Position numbers and translations under genes: made by a program. The notes beneath the pieces were generated by a model. That model was not told the DNA's origin, did no database searches, and saw nothing but the letters and a program-made list of their open reading frames with translations. From Candidatus Aegiribacteria sp. (GTDB lineage: Bacteria; Fermentibacterota; Fermentibacteria; Fermentibacterales; JCC-6), in the NCBI GenBank assembly GCA_013138965.1, contig WTBT01000034.1, forward strand, positions 31,325 to 95,324: a stretch of 64,000 nt of DNA, given 5' to 3'. Shown piece after piece: positions 62,369 through 64,000 of the stretch. Each line of letters starts with the position of its first letter. The stretch's first letter is position 1.

Positions 62369-63634
62369 ATGCTTTTAAAACTCGCATGGAGAAACGTTTT
62401 TCGTCAGAAAAGACGGACGATCCTCACCCTTCTGACCATGACCGGCGGCTTCTTCCTCTCTTCCCTTTCCATCGGGTGGATGGACGGCTCGTACAGCAGT
62501 ATAATCATGTTCTTTACAAACAATAGAACGGGTCAGATCCAGGTGCACTGCAAAGGTTACCTGCAGTCCCCGTCCATCTATTCAACAGTCAACGATTATC
62601 AGGCAGCGGGAGTCTTCCTGGATTCTATTCCCGGAGTCAGGGCGTGGGCACCCAGGATCTACTCCGGAGCTCTCCTTGCGGTCAGGCCCCGAGGGGCTGG
62701 TTCGGGGAATGTATTCACGAATTCAGCGGCCGCTTCAGTGATTGGAATAGATCCTGTAATGGAGGAAGCAGCCAGCGGTTTTTCAAGCCAGATCGAAAGC
62801 GGCGAGATGTTATCCTCGTCAGCGGCTGATACTTCCTACTCCGCCACCGGTCAGATCATACTTGGAAAGGAACTGTCCATAATCCTTGAAGCTTCAGCGG
62901 GTGATTCCCTTGTCATGCTGACGCAGGCGGCAGACGGCAGCAGCGCTGACAGGATGTATGTAATCCGGGGTATAGTCAGTACTGGCAATGCCAATATCGA
63001 CAGAAACACATGCTATATAACCCTGTCCGACGCCCAGATCCTTTTCGCCCTTCAGGGAAAGGTACACGAAATAGCGGTCATGACCGGTTCACTGGGCGCA
63101 GTGGATGAACTCACCGCGAAAATATCGGCCGGGCTTTCCGGAGAAAACCTTGAAACGGATTCCTGGAAAACATTCGCAAGAGAATTCTACAACGGTATGA
63201 AGGCTGATGAGGCGAGCCTTAAAGTAATGATCTTCGTTATCGTGCTTGTGGCTGCAATGGGAGTTCTCAACACGATTCTCATGATGGTTCTGGAGCGGAG
63301 ACGCGAATTCGGTGTAATGAAAGCCATCGGAACAAGGCCCGGCTTCATCGTCAGGATGATTGTGCTGGAAGCGAATATCATGGGTATCATAAGCGTAATC
63401 GCAGGCGGCATTCTGAGTACAGCCGGCCTTCTTTTTCTTTCAGAACATGGGTTTGCGATGGATCCGCCCCTTGATTACGGAGGCACTGTCTTTCGCGAGA
63501 TGATAGCATCGATTACCCCTGAATGTTACTGGATTCCTGCCATTTGCGTAATTATCACAGCTTCCACGGTAAGTTTTCTTCCCGCACTGAAGGCTGCGCA
63601 TACAAAAGCCGCGAAAACGCTGAGGACGGTCTGA
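62369..63634 (+). CDS. ABC transporter permease (LolE/FtsX-like)
   Basis: AWRNVFRQKRRT; ERRREFGVMKAIG. Confidence 0.9.
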   Translation: MLLKLAWRNVFRQKRRTILTLLTMTGGFFLSSLSIGWMDGSYSSIIMFFTNNRTGQIQVHCKGYLQSPSIYSTVNDYQAAGVFLDSIPGVRAWAPRIYSGALLAVRPRGAGSGNVFTNSAAASVIGIDPVMEEAASGFSSQIESGEMLSSSAADTSYSATGQIILGKELSIILEASAGDSLVMLTQAADGSSADRMYVIRGIVSTGNANIDRNTCYITLSDAQILFALQGKVHEIAVMTGSLGAVDELTAKISAGLSGENLETDSWKTFAREFYNGMKADEASLKVMIFVIVLVAAMGVLNTILMMVLERRREFGVMKAIGTRPGFIVRMIVLEANIMGIISVIAGGILSTAGLLFLSEHGFAMDPPLDYGGTVFREMIASITPECYWIPAICVIITASTVSFLPALKAAHTKAAKTLRTV

Positions 63635-63635
63635 C

Positions 63636-64000
63636 ATGTTCATCAGGCTTGTAAAGTTCGCCTGGAAAATCATCTGGAGGAATGGCAGAAGAACTGTGAT
63701 AACCGGGCTTGCCGTAGGGCTGGGCCTCGGATCAATGATGTTCACTGAGGCTCTTATGCAGGGCATGGCCGCGCATATGATACAGACAACAACCGAATCC
63801 TGGATGGGGGATGCCCAGATCCATAGAGATGGTTTTCCGGACACCCGGAATATCAACCTGACGATCAACAGACTCGATTCCATGCTTTCCATGCTGGATG
63901 GGGATTCAACCGTCAGCTCTTTTACTGCCAGAATCCTGTCACCGGCATCTGTAACATCAACTACGGAACTGAAGCCTGTCACACTGATCGGCGTTGACAG
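63636..64000 (+). CDS. Second ABC permease, truncated by window end
   Basis: MFIRLVKFAWKIIWRNGRRTVITGLAVG... open to window edge. Confidence 0.8.
   Translation, partial: MFIRLVKFAWKIIWRNGRRTVITGLAVGLGLGSMMFTEALMQGMAAHMIQTTTESWMGDAQIHRDGFPDTRNINLTINRLDSMLSMLDGDSTVSSFTARILSPASVTSTTELKPVTLIGVD

Overview
Bacterial chromosome window. Tentative lineage inference: a diderm of the FCB/Fermentibacterota type, suggested by C-terminal FlgD-Ig/T9SS-like domains and very short signal peptides. About 7.2-39.8 kb is one long minus-strand core cluster: tRNA-Thr/Tyr/Gly/Thr, tuf, rpmG, tRNA-Trp, secE, nusG, rplKAJL, rpoBC, rpsLG, fusA, then the S10, spc and alpha operons, ending in pfkA. The left flank holds secG with tRNA-Leu, an amidase, a HAD phosphatase and an AT-richer 4-kb islet with a Fic gene. 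The right flank holds an endonuclease I gene bracketed by two 100-bp inverted-repeat elements, ABC exporters, a surface-polysaccharide region, tandem TPR/beta-barrel genes, uppP, an aspartokinase and a TetR-ABC operon. Most notable: (1) a ~200-aa domain resembling a degenerate AAA_16/STAND P-loop NTPase inside the trigger-loop insertion (SI3) of RNA polymerase beta'; (2) a tRNA-Leu with the rare anticodon AAG at the leuU position; (3) a 31-bp direct repeat of the pfkA 3' region bounding the islet; (4) two 100-bp MITE/REPIN-like elements; (5) a structured, possibly switchable RNA between rpsJ and rplC; (6) a divergent str-operon EF-G and L6. All calls come from reading the sequence; no database searches were run.
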